NCBI RefSeq assembly: GCF_963518475.1
Contig: NZ_CAUQJA010000001.1
Coordinates: forward strand, 78,018-142,017
Length of the DNA: 64,000 bases
DNA from: an uncultured Streptococcus sp.
GTDB taxonomy: Bacteria > Bacillota > Bacilli > Lactobacillales > Streptococcaceae
Direction of reading: 5' to 3'
The position numbers and the translations under genes are program-made. A model generated the notes under the pieces. The model did no database searches. It was not told the DNA's origin and saw nothing but the letters and a program-made list of their open reading frames with translations. This document shows positions 50,673 through 60,461 of the stretch, in pieces; position 1 is the first letter of the stretch; each line of letters opens with the position of its first letter.

Positions 50673-50787
50673 TAGAGAAACGATAGCCAATTTGACTCGT
50701 CGTCAACAGCGCCTTGATGAACCTCAGTTCTATCTAAGGCTTGTTTCCTAGATTCAAATGGCTCTAGTTCCTCTATCTAATAAAAAT

Positions 50788-50813
50788 AGCTAGGTCTGCT
50801 GGCCTAGCTTTTG
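50788..50813 (+). terminator. Terminator-like hairpin between infB and rbfA
   Basis: agctagg / cctagct stem followed by tttt. Confidence 0.45.
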
Positions 50814-50837
50814 GTTCAAAGTAGAGAAAGGAATATC

Positions 50838-51188
50838 ATGGCAAATCATTTCCGTACGGATCGTGTGGGCATGGAAATCAAGCGTGAAGTCAATGAGATT
50901 TTGCAAAAGAAAGTCCGTGATCCGCGTGTCCAAGGCGTGACCATCACAGATGTTCAGATGCTAGGTGACTTGTCTGTTGCCAAGGTTTACTACACCATTT
51001 TGAGTAACCTTGCTTCAGATAACCAGAAAGCTCAAATCGGGCTTGAAAAAGCGACTGGTACCATCAAACGTGAACTTGGTCGCAATTTGAAATTGTACAA
51101 AATTCCAGATTTGACCTTCGTCAAAGACGAATCCATCGAATATGGGAATAAGATTGACGAAATGCTACGCAATCTGGATAAGAACTAA
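50838..51188 (+). CDS. rbfA: Ribosome-binding factor A
   Basis: [18 protein letters not shown]. 116 aa. Confidence 0.93.
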   Translation: MANHFRTDRVGMEIKREVNEILQKKVRDPRVQGVTITDVQMLGDLSVAKVYYTILSNLASDNQKAQIGLEKATGTIKRELGRNLKLYKIPDLTFVKDESIEYGNKIDEMLRNLDKN

Positions 51189-51296
51189 AGAAGAGGGGCA
51201 ACCCTCTTTTTTGTTGGGGAAGAGGCAATAAAAGATGCTGGCGGAATCTTTCTAGAGTTAAATATTATTAAAAAGCTTTATAAAATTTAGATAGTG

Positions 51297-51305
51297 TGAT
51301 ATTAT
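51297..51305 (+). promoter_or_regulatory. Extended -10 (TGATATTAT) for the EcsC-like cassette
   Basis: Lies 33 nt upstream of the ATG at 51338, in an AT-rich spacer. Confidence 0.45.
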
Positions 51306-51337
51306 GAAATAAAGACACAAGAGGAAGAGGTATTTAT

Positions 51338-52117
51338 ATGGCTGAACAAGACTTAGCTATGCAAGTATTACAACAAGTGGTAAAACTACCAGTTGTTAAG
51401 GTTGATCGTTCGAAATTTTTAGTGGATAAGTTTTCCAAAGAATTGGATCCACAGGACATTCCTACCTTATTAGAACAAGGCCCAACGTCTCTCTTATCTC
51501 AAGAAACCTTAGATCGAGTGGCTAATGCCTGCATTAGGGATAATGTTTTATTGGCGAGTGGAACCTCTGTTTTGGCAGGGTTACCTGGAGGGATTGCTAT
51601 GGCGATTACCATTCCAGCTGATGTGGCTCAATTTTATGGTTTCTCTCTGAAATTGGCTCAAGAATTAGGTTATATTTATGGTTATGAGGATCTTTGGGCT
51701 TCACGCGAGGAGTTGAGTGAAGATGCTCAAAATACCCTCTTGCTTTATCTAGGCGTCATGTTGGGGGTAAATGGAACCGCTGCTTTGCTACGTGCAGGCG
51801 GTATAACAATTGCCAAACAGGTAATGAAAACAGTACCTAATAAAGCTTTAACGAAGACGCTTTGGTACCCTATTTTGAAAAAAGTCTTAAGAATATTTGG
51901 TGTGAATCTTACCAAGGGAGGGTTGGCCAAAGGAATGGGGAAATTCATACCTATCTTGGGAGGTATCATTTCAGGTGGTTTAACCTTTGCAACTATGAAA
52001 CCGATGGGTGAAAGCTTGCAGAAAGAATTGTCCAAACTAGTCAATTATAGTGAAGTTCAATATCAAGAAGATGTTGAAACAATCCGAAAAGAGGCTGAAA
52101 TAATCGAGGGTGAGTGA
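51338..52117 (+). CDS. EcsC-family protein
   Basis: 259 aa. LAGLPGGIAMAITIPADVAQFYGFSLKLAQELGYIYGYE and IPILGGIISGGL parallel the conserved cores of B. subtilis EcsC as I recall them. Confidence 0.6.
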   Translation: MAEQDLAMQVLQQVVKLPVVKVDRSKFLVDKFSKELDPQDIPTLLEQGPTSLLSQETLDRVANACIRDNVLLASGTSVLAGLPGGIAMAITIPADVAQFYGFSLKLAQELGYIYGYEDLWASREELSEDAQNTLLLYLGVMLGVNGTAALLRAGGITIAKQVMKTVPNKALTKTLWYPILKKVLRIFGVNLTKGGLAKGMGKFIPILGGIISGGLTFATMKPMGESLQKELSKLVNYSEVQYQEDVETIRKEAEIIEGE

Positions 52118-52301
52118 GATGAATCCTATCAAAGCTTTTGCTAAAATTTACGGTAATTACTTTTTGACCATGCAAGGTGTAAAAGTAATGAAAACGATAA
52201 AGAAAGATGATAATGTTGTTGTCAGTCTGGGGAAACTCTTTATTGCAGACAAGTTGATGGATACGGCTCAGTGGCTCATCAAGCCAGAGGAGAGAGAATG
52301 A
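52110..52301 (+). CDS. 63-aa hypothetical protein, translationally coupled
   Basis: Overlaps the upstream stop by 8 nt. No recognisable motif. Confidence 0.45.
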   Translation: MSEMNPIKAFAKIYGNYFLTMQGVKVMKTIKKDDNVVVSLGKLFIADKLMDTAQWLIKPEERE

Positions 52302-52450
52302 AATTTTTTTTGGGTCTTCTTGCCATTATTTTTATCAAACCGATTATTGGAATTGTGAAATTCCTATGGATGATCATCTCTTTTGCAGTCCAATTGCTGT
52401 TTTACAAGATATTATTTAAGCTATTGGATTGGCTCTTTAAACTTTTTTAG
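52298..52450 (+). CDS. 50-aa highly hydrophobic peptide (below the track cutoff)
   Basis: MKFFLGLLAIIFIKPIIGIVKFLWMIISFAVQLLFYKILFKLLDWLFKLF. ATGA overlap with the 63-aa ORF. Confidence 0.45.
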   Translation: MKFFLGLLAIIFIKPIIGIVKFLWMIISFAVQLLFYKILFKLLDWLFKLF

Positions 52451-52471
52451 TCCGTAATTCAAATCTCAGAG

Positions 52472-52503
52472 AACTAGCAAGTCTTGTACTGCTAGTTTTT
52501 TAA
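52472..52503 (+). terminator. Terminator of the EcsC-like cassette
   Basis: aactagca / tgctagtt stem plus T-run. Confidence 0.8.
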
Positions 52504-52566
52504 TCTCTTTCCATATGGTATAATATAAGCAGTAAAATCATTTTAGAAGATTCAGTGGAGGTCGTC

Positions 52567-52800
52567 ATGGACAATATCATCGATGTGTCAATTCCTGTTG
52601 CAGAAGTGGTGGATAAGCATCCAGAAGTCTTGGAAATCCTAGTAGAGCTCGGTTTTAAACCACTTGCTAATCCCTTGATGCGCAACACAGTCGGTCGCAA
52701 AGTATCGCTTAAGCAGGGTTCTAAGCTTGAAGGAACTCCTATGGATAAGATTGTTTGCACGCTGGAAGCAAATGGCTACGAAGTGATTGGATTAGACTAA
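52567..52800 (+). CDS. DUF1858-like small protein
   Basis: 77 aa from MDNIIDVS. RBS ggagg. TGGTATAAT at 52516-52524. Confidence 0.6.
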   Translation: MDNIIDVSIPVAEVVDKHPEVLEILVELGFKPLANPLMRNTVGRKVSLKQGSKLEGTPMDKIVCTLEANGYEVIGLD

Positions 52801-54134
52801 TGGCAGACGAACGGATTTATGTCCTACGGGATATTTTGTTAGAATTGCACAATGGTGCCTCTCCTGAGTCGGTTCAGGAGCGCTTTGATGCGACCTTTAC
52901 AGGTGTTTCAGCCATCGAGATTTCCCTTATGGAGCACGAGCTGATGAACTCAGACTCAGGTGTCACCTTTGAAGATGTCATGGAACTCTGTGACGTCCAT
53001 GCCAATCTTTTTAAAAATGCTGTTAAGGGTGTCGAAGTTGCAGATACCGAGCACCCTGGCCACCCAGTTCGGATCTTCAAGGATGAAAATCTGGCTCTCC
53101 GCGCTGCCTTGATTCGCATTCGTAGATTGTTAGATACTTATGAGTCTATGGAAGACGAGGAAATGCTGGCAGAGATGCGCAAGGGTTTGGTCCGTCAAAT
53201 GGGCCTTGTCGGTCAATTTGATATCCATTACCAGCGCAAGGAAGAACTCTTCTTTCCTATCATGGAGCGCTATGGACACGATTCACCTCCTAAAGTTATG
53301 TGGGGAGTGGATGACCAGATTAGGGAACTCTTTCAGACAGCCCTAGCGACAGCCAAGTCACTACCAGAAGTGTCTATTGGCAGTGTAAAAGAAGATTTTG
53401 AAGCTTTTGCGACAGAGTTTGAAAGTATGATTTTCAAGGAAGAGTCTATCCTTCTCATGATTCTCCTTGAGTCCTTCACTCAGGATGACTGGCTTCAGAT
53501 TGAGGAGGAGAGTGATGCCTATGGCTATGCCATCATCCGTCCGTCTGAGAAATGGGTGCCAGAAAGACAGAGTTTTGTTGAGGAAAAGAGCACAGAGGAG
53601 CCTATTCAGCTAGAAACGGCAAAGGGGCAAGTTCAGCAAGTTATCGATACGCCAGAAGGCCAGTTCACCATTACCTTTACCCCTAAGGAAAAGGAAGCAG
53701 TGATGGACCGCTATAGTCAACAGGCTTTTGGCAATGGCTATCTCTCGGTCGAGCAGGCTAATCTCATCCTCAATCACCTCCCTATGGAGATTACTTTTGT
53801 CAATAAAGAAGACATTTTCCAGTATTACAATGACAATACGCCAGCTGATGAGATGATTTTCAAACGGACGCCGTCCCAAGTCGGGCGTAATGTTGAACTT
53901 TGCCATCCGCCTAAGTATTTGGACAAGGTAAAGACCATCATGAAGGGGCTTCGTGAAGGAGTTAAGGACAAGTATGAAATGTGGTTCAAGTCTGAGTCGC
54001 GAGGTAAGTTTGTCCACATCACCTACGCTGCAGTCCACGATGAAGAGGGAGAATTCCAAGGTGTGTTGGAGTACGTTCAGGATATTCAGCCCTACCGTGA
54101 GATTGACACGGACTATTTCCGTGGATTAGAATAA
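52800..54134 (+). CDS. DUF438-type protein (hemerythrin-like N-terminal half, PAS-like C-terminal half)
   Basis: 444 aa from MADERIYVLRD. TAATG overlap with the upstream gene. The domain call is from general resemblance only. Confidence 0.55.
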   Translation: MADERIYVLRDILLELHNGASPESVQERFDATFTGVSAIEISLMEHELMNSDSGVTFEDVMELCDVHANLFKNAVKGVEVADTEHPGHPVRIFKDENLALRAALIRIRRLLDTYESMEDEEMLAEMRKGLVRQMGLVGQFDIHYQRKEELFFPIMERYGHDSPPKVMWGVDDQIRELFQTALATAKSLPEVSIGSVKEDFEAFATEFESMIFKEESILLMILLESFTQDDWLQIEEESDAYGYAIIRPSEKWVPERQSFVEEKSTEEPIQLETAKGQVQQVIDTPEGQFTITFTPKEKEAVMDRYSQQAFGNGYLSVEQANLILNHLPMEITFVNKEDIFQYYNDNTPADEMIFKRTPSQVGRNVELCHPPKYLDKVKTIMKGLREGVKDKYEMWFKSESRGKFVHITYAAVHDEEGEFQGVLEYVQDIQPYREIDTDYFRGLE

Positions 54135-54143
54135 GGAGAAAAA

Positions 54144-54398
54144 ATGAGTTACGAACAAGAATTTATGAAGGAATTTGAAGCTTGGGTCAATACCCAGATT
54201 ATGATCAATGACATGGCACACAAGGAAAGCCAAAAAGTCTACGAAGAGGATCAAGACGAGCGTGCCAAAGATGCCATGATTCGCTACGAAAGTCGCTTGG
54301 ATGCTTATCAGTTCTTGCTTGGTAAGTTTGAAAACTTCAAAGCAGGCAAGGGATTCCATGATTTGCCAGAAGGCTTGTTTGGTGAGCGAAATTATTAA
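54144..54398 (+). CDS. 84-aa acidic hypothetical protein
   Basis: RBS aaggagaa. No recognisable motif. Confidence 0.5.
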   Translation: MSYEQEFMKEFEAWVNTQIMINDMAHKESQKVYEEDQDERAKDAMIRYESRLDAYQFLLGKFENFKAGKGFHDLPEGLFGERNY

Positions 54399-54493
54399 AC
54401 GAGATAGATTCTTGATTTTTTACTAAAATCTTGATAGAATATTTATATTAAATCCTTGTCAGAGCAGGGGTTTTTTATTGAAAGGATTTTATC

Positions 54494-54889
54494 ATGTCAA
54501 AGAAACTCAATCGTAAAAAACAATTACGAAATAGCCTCCGTCGTGCAGGTGCTTTCTCAAGTACTGTGACTAAGGTTGTAGAAGAGACAAAAAAAGTCGT
54601 AAAACGTGCAGAACAGTCAGCAAGCCAAGCTGGTAAGGCTGTTTCTAAAAAGGTTGAACAAGCAGTAGAAGCTACCAAAGAGCAAGCTCAAAAAGTAGCC
54701 AATTCTGTAGAAGATTTTGCAGCAAACTTGGGTGGACTTCCACTTGATCGTGCCAAAACTTTCTATGATGAAGGAATCAAGTCTGCTTCAGATTTCAAAA
54801 ATTGGACTGAAAAAGAACTCCTTGCCTTGAAAGGAATCGGCCCAGCTACCATCAAGAAATTGAAAGAAAACGGCATCAAGTTCAAGTAA
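54494..54889 (+). CDS. 131-aa basic protein with a C-terminal helix-hairpin-helix-like motif
   Basis: LKGIGPATIKKLKENGI. Confidence 0.5.
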   Translation: MSKKLNRKKQLRNSLRRAGAFSSTVTKVVEETKKVVKRAEQSASQAGKAVSKKVEQAVEATKEQAQKVANSVEDFAANLGGLPLDRAKTFYDEGIKSASDFKNWTEKELLALKGIGPATIKKLKENGIKFK

Positions 54890-54902
54890 TTTTTCTTGTG
54901 CC

Positions 54903-54931
54903 TTGCATTTCCGAAAAAATCTTGCTACAAT
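54903..54931 (+). promoter_or_regulatory. Promoter of the T-box leader
   Basis: ttgcat, 17 nt, tacaat. Confidence 0.65.
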
Positions 54932-54937
54932 AGAGCC

Positions 54938-55147
54938 ATTAGAGGTGTTTTGAATCCTACATTTTACAGAAAGTGGCGGCGCTGAGAAGTCCACAAATGT
55001 GTCAAAACTGGTTGCTAATGACTGAAAAATGAAATAATATTGTCTTTTTATTTTAAAGACGAGAGTTGCGGGCAACTGCCCGAAATTGGGTGGTACCGCG
55101 GATAAACACATTCGTCCCTGTCATGTAGATGGCAGGGCTTTTCTTTT
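54938..55147 (+). ncRNA. T-box riboswitch leader
   Basis: Conserved T-box sequence aaattgggtggtaccgcg at 55083-55100. Terminator ccctgtcat/atggcaggg plus T-run at 55116-55147. Confidence 0.85.
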
Positions 55148-55171
55148 GTGTCTTAGTCAAAGGGGGTTGTT

Positions 55172-55750
55172 ATGAAGCAATCTTTTAAAACAAGTAAACT
55201 CTATTATGGTTTTCCTATCTTCATTTTGGGGTATCAGGATCAGAATTTTGGACACAATATTACGACCTGTAGCTCCTCTTATAGCTTGGGAGATTGGCTA
55301 GTCATTGGTGTTGGTGCTGAGGAAAATGCGGCTGAGCAGATTAAGCATTATCAACAGTTCACCGTGAATATCCCTGATGAAAATCTCATGCTCGAGATGG
55401 AGCAGGCTGGTTTTATCAGTCATAGAGAGAAATTGAAACACCTGGGGCTAGACTACGAGATTTCTGAACGGACTCAGGCACCGATTTTAGAGATTTGTCC
55501 AGTCGTGTTAGAATGTCAAGTTGATAGAATTATCGAGGAGGATGGAATCTGTCATATCTTTGCCAAGATTATCGAGCGACTGGCTAATCCTGAACTCTTG
55601 GATGAGAAAGGGCATTTTAAAAATGACCGTTTTTCACCGACTTACTTTATGGGGGACGGTCACCAGCGCGTTTATCGCTATTTAGATAACCGTGTTGACC
55701 CTATGGGGAGCTTCATCAAGAAAGTGAGGATGAAGGATGTCAAGAGCTGA
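55172..55750 (+). CDS. Flavin reductase-like (FMN-binding split-barrel) protein
   Basis: 192 aa. The call is from general family resemblance. Confidence 0.45.
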   Translation: MKQSFKTSKLYYGFPIFILGYQDQNFGHNITTCSSSYSLGDWLVIGVGAEENAAEQIKHYQQFTVNIPDENLMLEMEQAGFISHREKLKHLGLDYEISERTQAPILEICPVVLECQVDRIIEEDGICHIFAKIIERLANPELLDEKGHFKNDRFSPTYFMGDGHQRVYRYLDNRVDPMGSFIKKVRMKDVKS

Positions 55751-56297
55751 ATTACCAGAACGATTAGAAACCGAACGACTCGTCTTACGAGTTCGTACTG
55801 TAGCGGATGCTGAGGATATCTTTGCCTATGCTAGTCGTCCGGAAGTCTCTTACCCAGCAGGCTTTCTACCCGTCAAGACCTTGGAAGATGAGGTTTACTA
55901 TCTAGAGTATATCCTTCCCGAACGCAATCAAAAGGAAAATCTCCCAGCTGGCTATGGGATTGTCGTCAAAGGAACCGATAAAGTCATTGGTTCTGTTGAT
56001 TTCAACCATCGCCATGCGGATGATGTGCTAGAGCTTGGCTATACCTTGCATCCAAACTATTGGGGTCGAGGCTATGTACCAGAAGCAGCGTTTGCCTTGA
56101 TTGACTTAGCCTTTAAAGATTTGGATCTTCACAAGATTGAACTGACTTGTTTTGGTTATAATGTCCAAAGTCAACGAGTCGCAGAGAAACTTGGTTTCAC
56201 TCTTGAAGCTCGCATAAGAGACCGCAAAGATGCCCAAGGCAATCGTTGTGATGATTTGAGATATGGTTTGCTGAAGAGTGAGTGGGAGGTGATTTGA
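55737..56297 (+). CDS. GNAT-family N-acetyltransferase (RimJ/RimL-like)
   Basis: ERLVLR... and WGRGY... motifs. Confidence 0.75.
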   Translation: MSRAELPERLETERLVLRVRTVADAEDIFAYASRPEVSYPAGFLPVKTLEDEVYYLEYILPERNQKENLPAGYGIVVKGTDKVIGSVDFNHRHADDVLELGYTLHPNYWGRGYVPEAAFALIDLAFKDLDLHKIELTCFGYNVQSQRVAEKLGFTLEARIRDRKDAQGNRCDDLRYGLLKSEWEVI

Positions 56298-56875
56298 TGC
56301 ATCTTTTCATCATTGGTGCTCCGGCCTCAGGAAAAATGACGATTGGTCAAGAGTTATCTCGACTGACAGATGCTACCCTCTTTTATAACCATCAAGCCAT
56401 CGATTTTGCACTAGAAATCTATCAGGACTTTACAGAGGAAATGTGGGAATTTGTTCGTGGAATGACCTTTTCTTTCCTTGGAGCAAGTGCAAGAAATCAG
56501 CGATCAGTAATTTTAACAGACGTAATTGATTTTTCAAATCAGTACCAGCTGATATATTTGAAGCAAATTCAGGATTTATTGGATAACTTTCATCAAGAGA
56601 TTCTGTTTGTTGAGTTGGAAACAAGTCTTGAGGAGCGTTTACGTCGAAATCAAACGGAGAATCGATTAAAGTACAAACCCTTAAAACGACATATTGAGGT
56701 ATCTGAAAGAGAAATTTTAGAGACCGCTGAAACACTTCAATTAAATTCCCAACATCAACCGAATGAGTTGCACCACTACCTTAAAATAAATAATACGAGT
56801 TTGACTGCAAAAGAAGTTGCTAAGCAAATTCAAAATAAAATGAATACAATAGAGAAAGGACAAACACATGTCTAA
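56297..56875 (+). CDS. P-loop NTPase/kinase-like protein
   Basis: Walker [10 protein letters not shown]. Overlaps both neighbours. Confidence 0.6.
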   Translation: MHLFIIGAPASGKMTIGQELSRLTDATLFYNHQAIDFALEIYQDFTEEMWEFVRGMTFSFLGASARNQRSVILTDVIDFSNQYQLIYLKQIQDLLDNFHQEILFVELETSLEERLRRNQTENRLKYKPLKRHIEVSEREILETAETLQLNSQHQPNELHHYLKINNTSLTAKEVAKQIQNKMNTIEKGQTHV

Positions 56876-59519
56876 AGAACTTTCACCTAAATACAATCCA
56901 GCCGAGGTTGAGGCTGGTCGTTACCAAAAATGGCTTGATGCTGATGTTTTCAAGCCTTCAGGCGATCAAAAGGCTAAGCCTTATTCAATCGTGATTCCAC
57001 CACCAAACGTAACTGGTAAACTTCACCTTGGTCACGCTTGGGATACGACTCTTCAGGATATCATCATCCGTCAAAAACGCATGCAAGGCTTTGATACCCT
57101 TTGGCTTCCAGGGATGGACCATGCTGGGATTGCAACTCAAGCTAAGGTTGAGGAGCGTTTGCGTGGTGAGGGCATCAGCCGCTATGACCTCGGTCGTGAA
57201 AAATTCCTCGACAAGGTCTGGGAATGGAAAGACGAATATGCCACTACTATCAAGGAACAATGGGGCAAGATGGGGCTCTCTGTAGACTACTCACGCGAGC
57301 GTTTCACTCTTGACGAAGGTTTGTCAAAAGCTGTTCGTAAGGTCTTTGTGGACCTTTACAAGAAAGGCTGGATCTACCGTGGTGAGTTTATCATCAACTG
57401 GGATCCAGCAGCTCGCACAGCCCTTTCTGATATCGAGGTGATCCACAAGGATGTCGAAGGTGCCTTCTACCACATGAACTATATGCTGGAAGACGGTTCA
57501 CGCGCCCTTGAAGTAGCGACAACTCGTCCTGAGACCATGTTTGGGGACGTTGCCGTTGCGGTCAACCCAGAAGACCCACGCTACAAGGACTTGATCGGTA
57601 AAAACGTCATCCTTCCAATTGCTAATAAATTAATCCGAATCGTTGGGGATGAGCACGCCGACCCTGAGTTTGGTACAGGTGTCGTGAAAATCACGCCTGC
57701 CCACGATCCAAACGACTTCTTGGTTGGTCAACGTCACAACTTGCCACAAGTCAATGTTATGAACGACGACGGTACTATGAATGACTTGGCCTTTGAATTT
57801 GCAGGCATGGACCGTTTTGAAGCTCGTAAGGCAGTCGTTGCCAAGTTGGAAGAAATCGGTGCCCTCGTTAAAATTGAAAAACGTATTCACAGTGTTGGTC
57901 ACTCAGAACGTACAGGTGTTGTGGTTGAACCACGCTTGTCTACTCAATGGTTCGTTAAGATGGACCAATTGGCCAAAAATGCCATTGCCAACCAAGACAC
58001 AGACGACAAGGTTGAATTCTACCCACCTCGTTTCAACGATACCTTCCTCCAATGGATGGAAAATGTTCACGACTGGGTAATCTCTCGTCAGCTCTGGTGG
58101 GGTCACCAAATCCCTGCTTGGTACAATGCTGAGGGTGAAATATATGTCGGCGAAGAAGCTCCAGAAGGTGAAGGTTGGACTCAGGACGAAGATGTCTTGG
58201 ATACGTGGTTCAGTTCGGCTCTTTGGCCATTCTCTACCATGGGCTGGCCGGATGTCGACTCAGAAGACTTCAAACGTTATTATCCAACATCAACTTTGGT
58301 GACTGGTTATGATATTATCCCGTTCTGGGTATCTCGAATGATTTTCCAAGGTTTGGAATTTACTGGCAAATCGCCATTCAAAAATGCATTGATTCATGGT
58401 CTTATTCGTGACGAGCAAGGACGCAAGATGTCTAAATCTCTCGGTAACGGGATTGATCCAATGGATGTTATTGATAAGTACGGAACAGATAGCCTTCGTT
58501 GGTTCCTTTCAAACGGTTCTGCACCAGGACAAGACGTGCGCTTCTCTTATGAGAAAATGGATGCTTCATGGAACTTCATTAACAAGATCTGGAACATCTC
58601 TCGCTACATCCTCATGAACAATGAAGGCTTGACCCTTGAGCAAGCAACTGCCAATGTCGAAAAAGTGGTCAACAAAGAAGCCGGAAACGTTACAGATCGC
58701 TGGATTCTCCACAACCTCAATGAAACCATCGGAAAAGTCACTGAAAACTTTGACAAGTTTGAGTTTGGTGTAGCTGGACACATCCTCTACAACTTCATCT
58801 GGGATGAATTTGCGGACTGGTACGTTGAGTTGACTAAGGAAGTCCTTTATAGCGACAATGAAGAAGAGAAAGTCATCACACGCTCTGTTCTCCTTTACAC
58901 TCTGGACAAGATCCTTCGTCTCCTTCACCCAATCATGCCATTCGTGACAGAGGAAATCTTTGGACAAATCTCAGAAGGCTCTATCGTTACAGCGGAATAC
59001 CCAACTGTTAACCCAGCCTTTGAAGACCTTGCTGCTCACACTGGCGTGGAAAGCCTCAAAGACTTGATCCGTGCTGTTCGGAATGCGCGTGCGGAAGTAA
59101 ACGTAGCACCAAGCAAGCCTATCACTATTCTTGTTAAGACTAGCGATAGCGACTTGGAAGCCTTCTTTAACAGCAATGTCAACTACATCAAACGCTTCAC
59201 AAATCCAGAACACTTGGAAATCGCATCAACCATCCCTGCACCTGAACTCGCTATGTCAAGCGTCATCACAGGAGCAGAAATCTACCTGCCACTCGCAGAC
59301 CTCCTCAATGTTGAAGAAGAACTCGCTCGCCTCGACAAGGAACTGGCTAAATGGCAAAAAGAACTGGATATGGTCGGTAAGAAGCTCTCTAACGAACGCT
59401 TCGTAGCCAACGCCAAACCAGAAGTCGTCCAAAAAGAACGCGACAAACAAGCCGACTACCAAGCCAAATACGACGCGACCGTAGCACGTATTGATGAGAT
59501 GAAGAAACTCGTGAAATAA
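56868..59519 (+). CDS. valS: Valyl-tRNA synthetase
   Basis: 883 aa. HLGH and KMSKS motifs and a C-terminal coiled coil. Confidence 0.97.
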   Translation: MSKELSPKYNPAEVEAGRYQKWLDADVFKPSGDQKAKPYSIVIPPPNVTGKLHLGHAWDTTLQDIIIRQKRMQGFDTLWLPGMDHAGIATQAKVEERLRGEGISRYDLGREKFLDKVWEWKDEYATTIKEQWGKMGLSVDYSRERFTLDEGLSKAVRKVFVDLYKKGWIYRGEFIINWDPAARTALSDIEVIHKDVEGAFYHMNYMLEDGSRALEVATTRPETMFGDVAVAVNPEDPRYKDLIGKNVILPIANKLIRIVGDEHADPEFGTGVVKITPAHDPNDFLVGQRHNLPQVNVMNDDGTMNDLAFEFAGMDRFEARKAVVAKLEEIGALVKIEKRIHSVGHSERTGVVVEPRLSTQWFVKMDQLAKNAIANQDTDDKVEFYPPRFNDTFLQWMENVHDWVISRQLWWGHQIPAWYNAEGEIYVGEEAPEGEGWTQDEDVLDTWFSSALWPFSTMGWPDVDSEDFKRYYPTSTLVTGYDIIPFWVSRMIFQGLEFTGKSPFKNALIHGLIRDEQGRKMSKSLGNGIDPMDVIDKYGTDSLRWFLSNGSAPGQDVRFSYEKMDASWNFINKIWNISRYILMNNEGLTLEQATANVEKVVNKEAGNVTDRWILHNLNETIGKVTENFDKFEFGVAGHILYNFIWDEFADWYVELTKEVLYSDNEEEKVITRSVLLYTLDKILRLLHPIMPFVTEEIFGQISEGSIVTAEYPTVNPAFEDLAAHTGVESLKDLIRAVRNARAEVNVAPSKPITILVKTSDSDLEAFFNSNVNYIKRFTNPEHLEIASTIPAPELAMSSVITGAEIYLPLADLLNVEEELARLDKELAKWQKELDMVGKKLSNERFVANAKPEVVQKERDKQADYQAKYDATVARIDEMKKLVK

Positions 59520-59526
59520 ACACAGA

Positions 59527-59552
59527 AACACGGTGATGAACCGTGTTTTTTT
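59527..59552 (+). terminator. valS terminator
   Basis: aacacgg / ccgtgtt stem plus T-run. Confidence 0.85.
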
Positions 59553-59596
59553 GGTATAATGAAACCAATATTTATTGATGGAGAAAGTGATGTCTA
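59552..59596 (+). promoter_or_regulatory. Orphaned promoter/RBS/ATG (TGGTATAAT, GGAG, ATG TCT A) cut off from its ORF by a BOX element
   Basis: tggtataat at 59552-59560, ggag at 59580-59583, ATG at 59590. This frame stops at TAG 59665 inside BOX. Confidence 0.6.
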
Positions 59597-59702
59597 ATAC
59601 TCTTCGAAAATCAAATTCAAACCACGTCAGCGTCGCCTTACCGTACTCAAGTACAGCTTGCGTCTAGCTTCCTAGTTTACTTTTTGATTTTCATTGAGTA
59701 TA
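59597..59702 (+). repeat. BOX element (boxA-boxC, no boxB)
   Basis: 106 nt with the same termini as the other two BOX copies. Confidence 0.9.
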
Positions 59703-60451
59703 AACACCCGCATTATGAATTGTTAAATTTAATTGGCTACGGTCTTGCCAAGTTTGACAAGCTTTTTATAAAAGAATTTCAATGTTCTAGCAAGTCGGAG
59801 TTTTATCGCTATGTGGTTTCTCTGGGAATTGCTGAAACAACTGGAGTTGTAAAGAATAGAATGGATTTATTTGATCCTTATTTTGACAATAATCGAAAAG
59901 GTTGGTGGCAGAAAGCTGAAGTTTACCGTTTTCGTAAAGATTTAATTGATATGATGTTTGGAAATGAAGATGTTCATAGTTATGCTGAAATCGTTAAAAT
60001 GCTACTTGCTAGTGAAGGAAAGAAAACAGGCATAACCATCGTTGAAAAATCAATAATTAGAACTAAATTCAAACGTCTACAAGAAACTGGAATGGAAGCG
60101 GAAAATTATTTTATACTCAACTTTGATAAAGAAGAAAAATTCCAAGGTGGACAGTTAACCGATGTCCATCTTTATGGTGATGGATATGATTTTCAGGTAG
60201 ATGTCCAAGAGCATTCTTACCTTGCCGAAGTAAAAGGTATCCGAAAATCTAAGGGTCGCATTCGTTTGACTTCCAACGAGTTTGAAAAAGCCAAAGAGTT
60301 CCAAACAGATTTTGTTTTATCTCTAGTCACCAACCTAGATGATATTCCAAAGTTAGTGTTAATCGATAATCCTTTAAAACATTTTGAGTTTAAAAAGAAT
60401 ATTATAAAAAATGAAATTATTGAATACAGAAGCTTAGAAGATTTGTATTAG
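59684..60451 (+). CDS. DUF3883-like (restriction-endonuclease-fold, PD-(D/E)xK) protein; 5' end disrupted by BOX, so possibly a pseudogene
   Basis: C-terminal GMEAENYF...GDGYDFQVD...AEVKG...LTSNEFEKA...FVLSLV pattern. The only in-frame start is TTG inside boxC, with no RBS. Confidence 0.55.
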   Translation: MIFIEYKHPHYELLNLIGYGLAKFDKLFIKEFQCSSKSEFYRYVVSLGIAETTGVVKNRMDLFDPYFDNNRKGWWQKAEVYRFRKDLIDMMFGNEDVHSYAEIVKMLLASEGKKTGITIVEKSIIRTKFKRLQETGMEAENYFILNFDKEEKFQGGQLTDVHLYGDGYDFQVDVQEHSYLAEVKGIRKSKGRIRLTSNEFEKAKEFQTDFVLSLVTNLDDIPKLVLIDNPLKHFEFKKNIIKNEIIEYRSLEDLY

Positions 60452-60461
60452 TTTCCCTTAA

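Noticed and set aside
54788-55111. 107-aa minus-strand ORF overlapping the T-box leader
   Set aside because: The region is better explained by the T-box riboswitch and the 3' end of the upstream gene.
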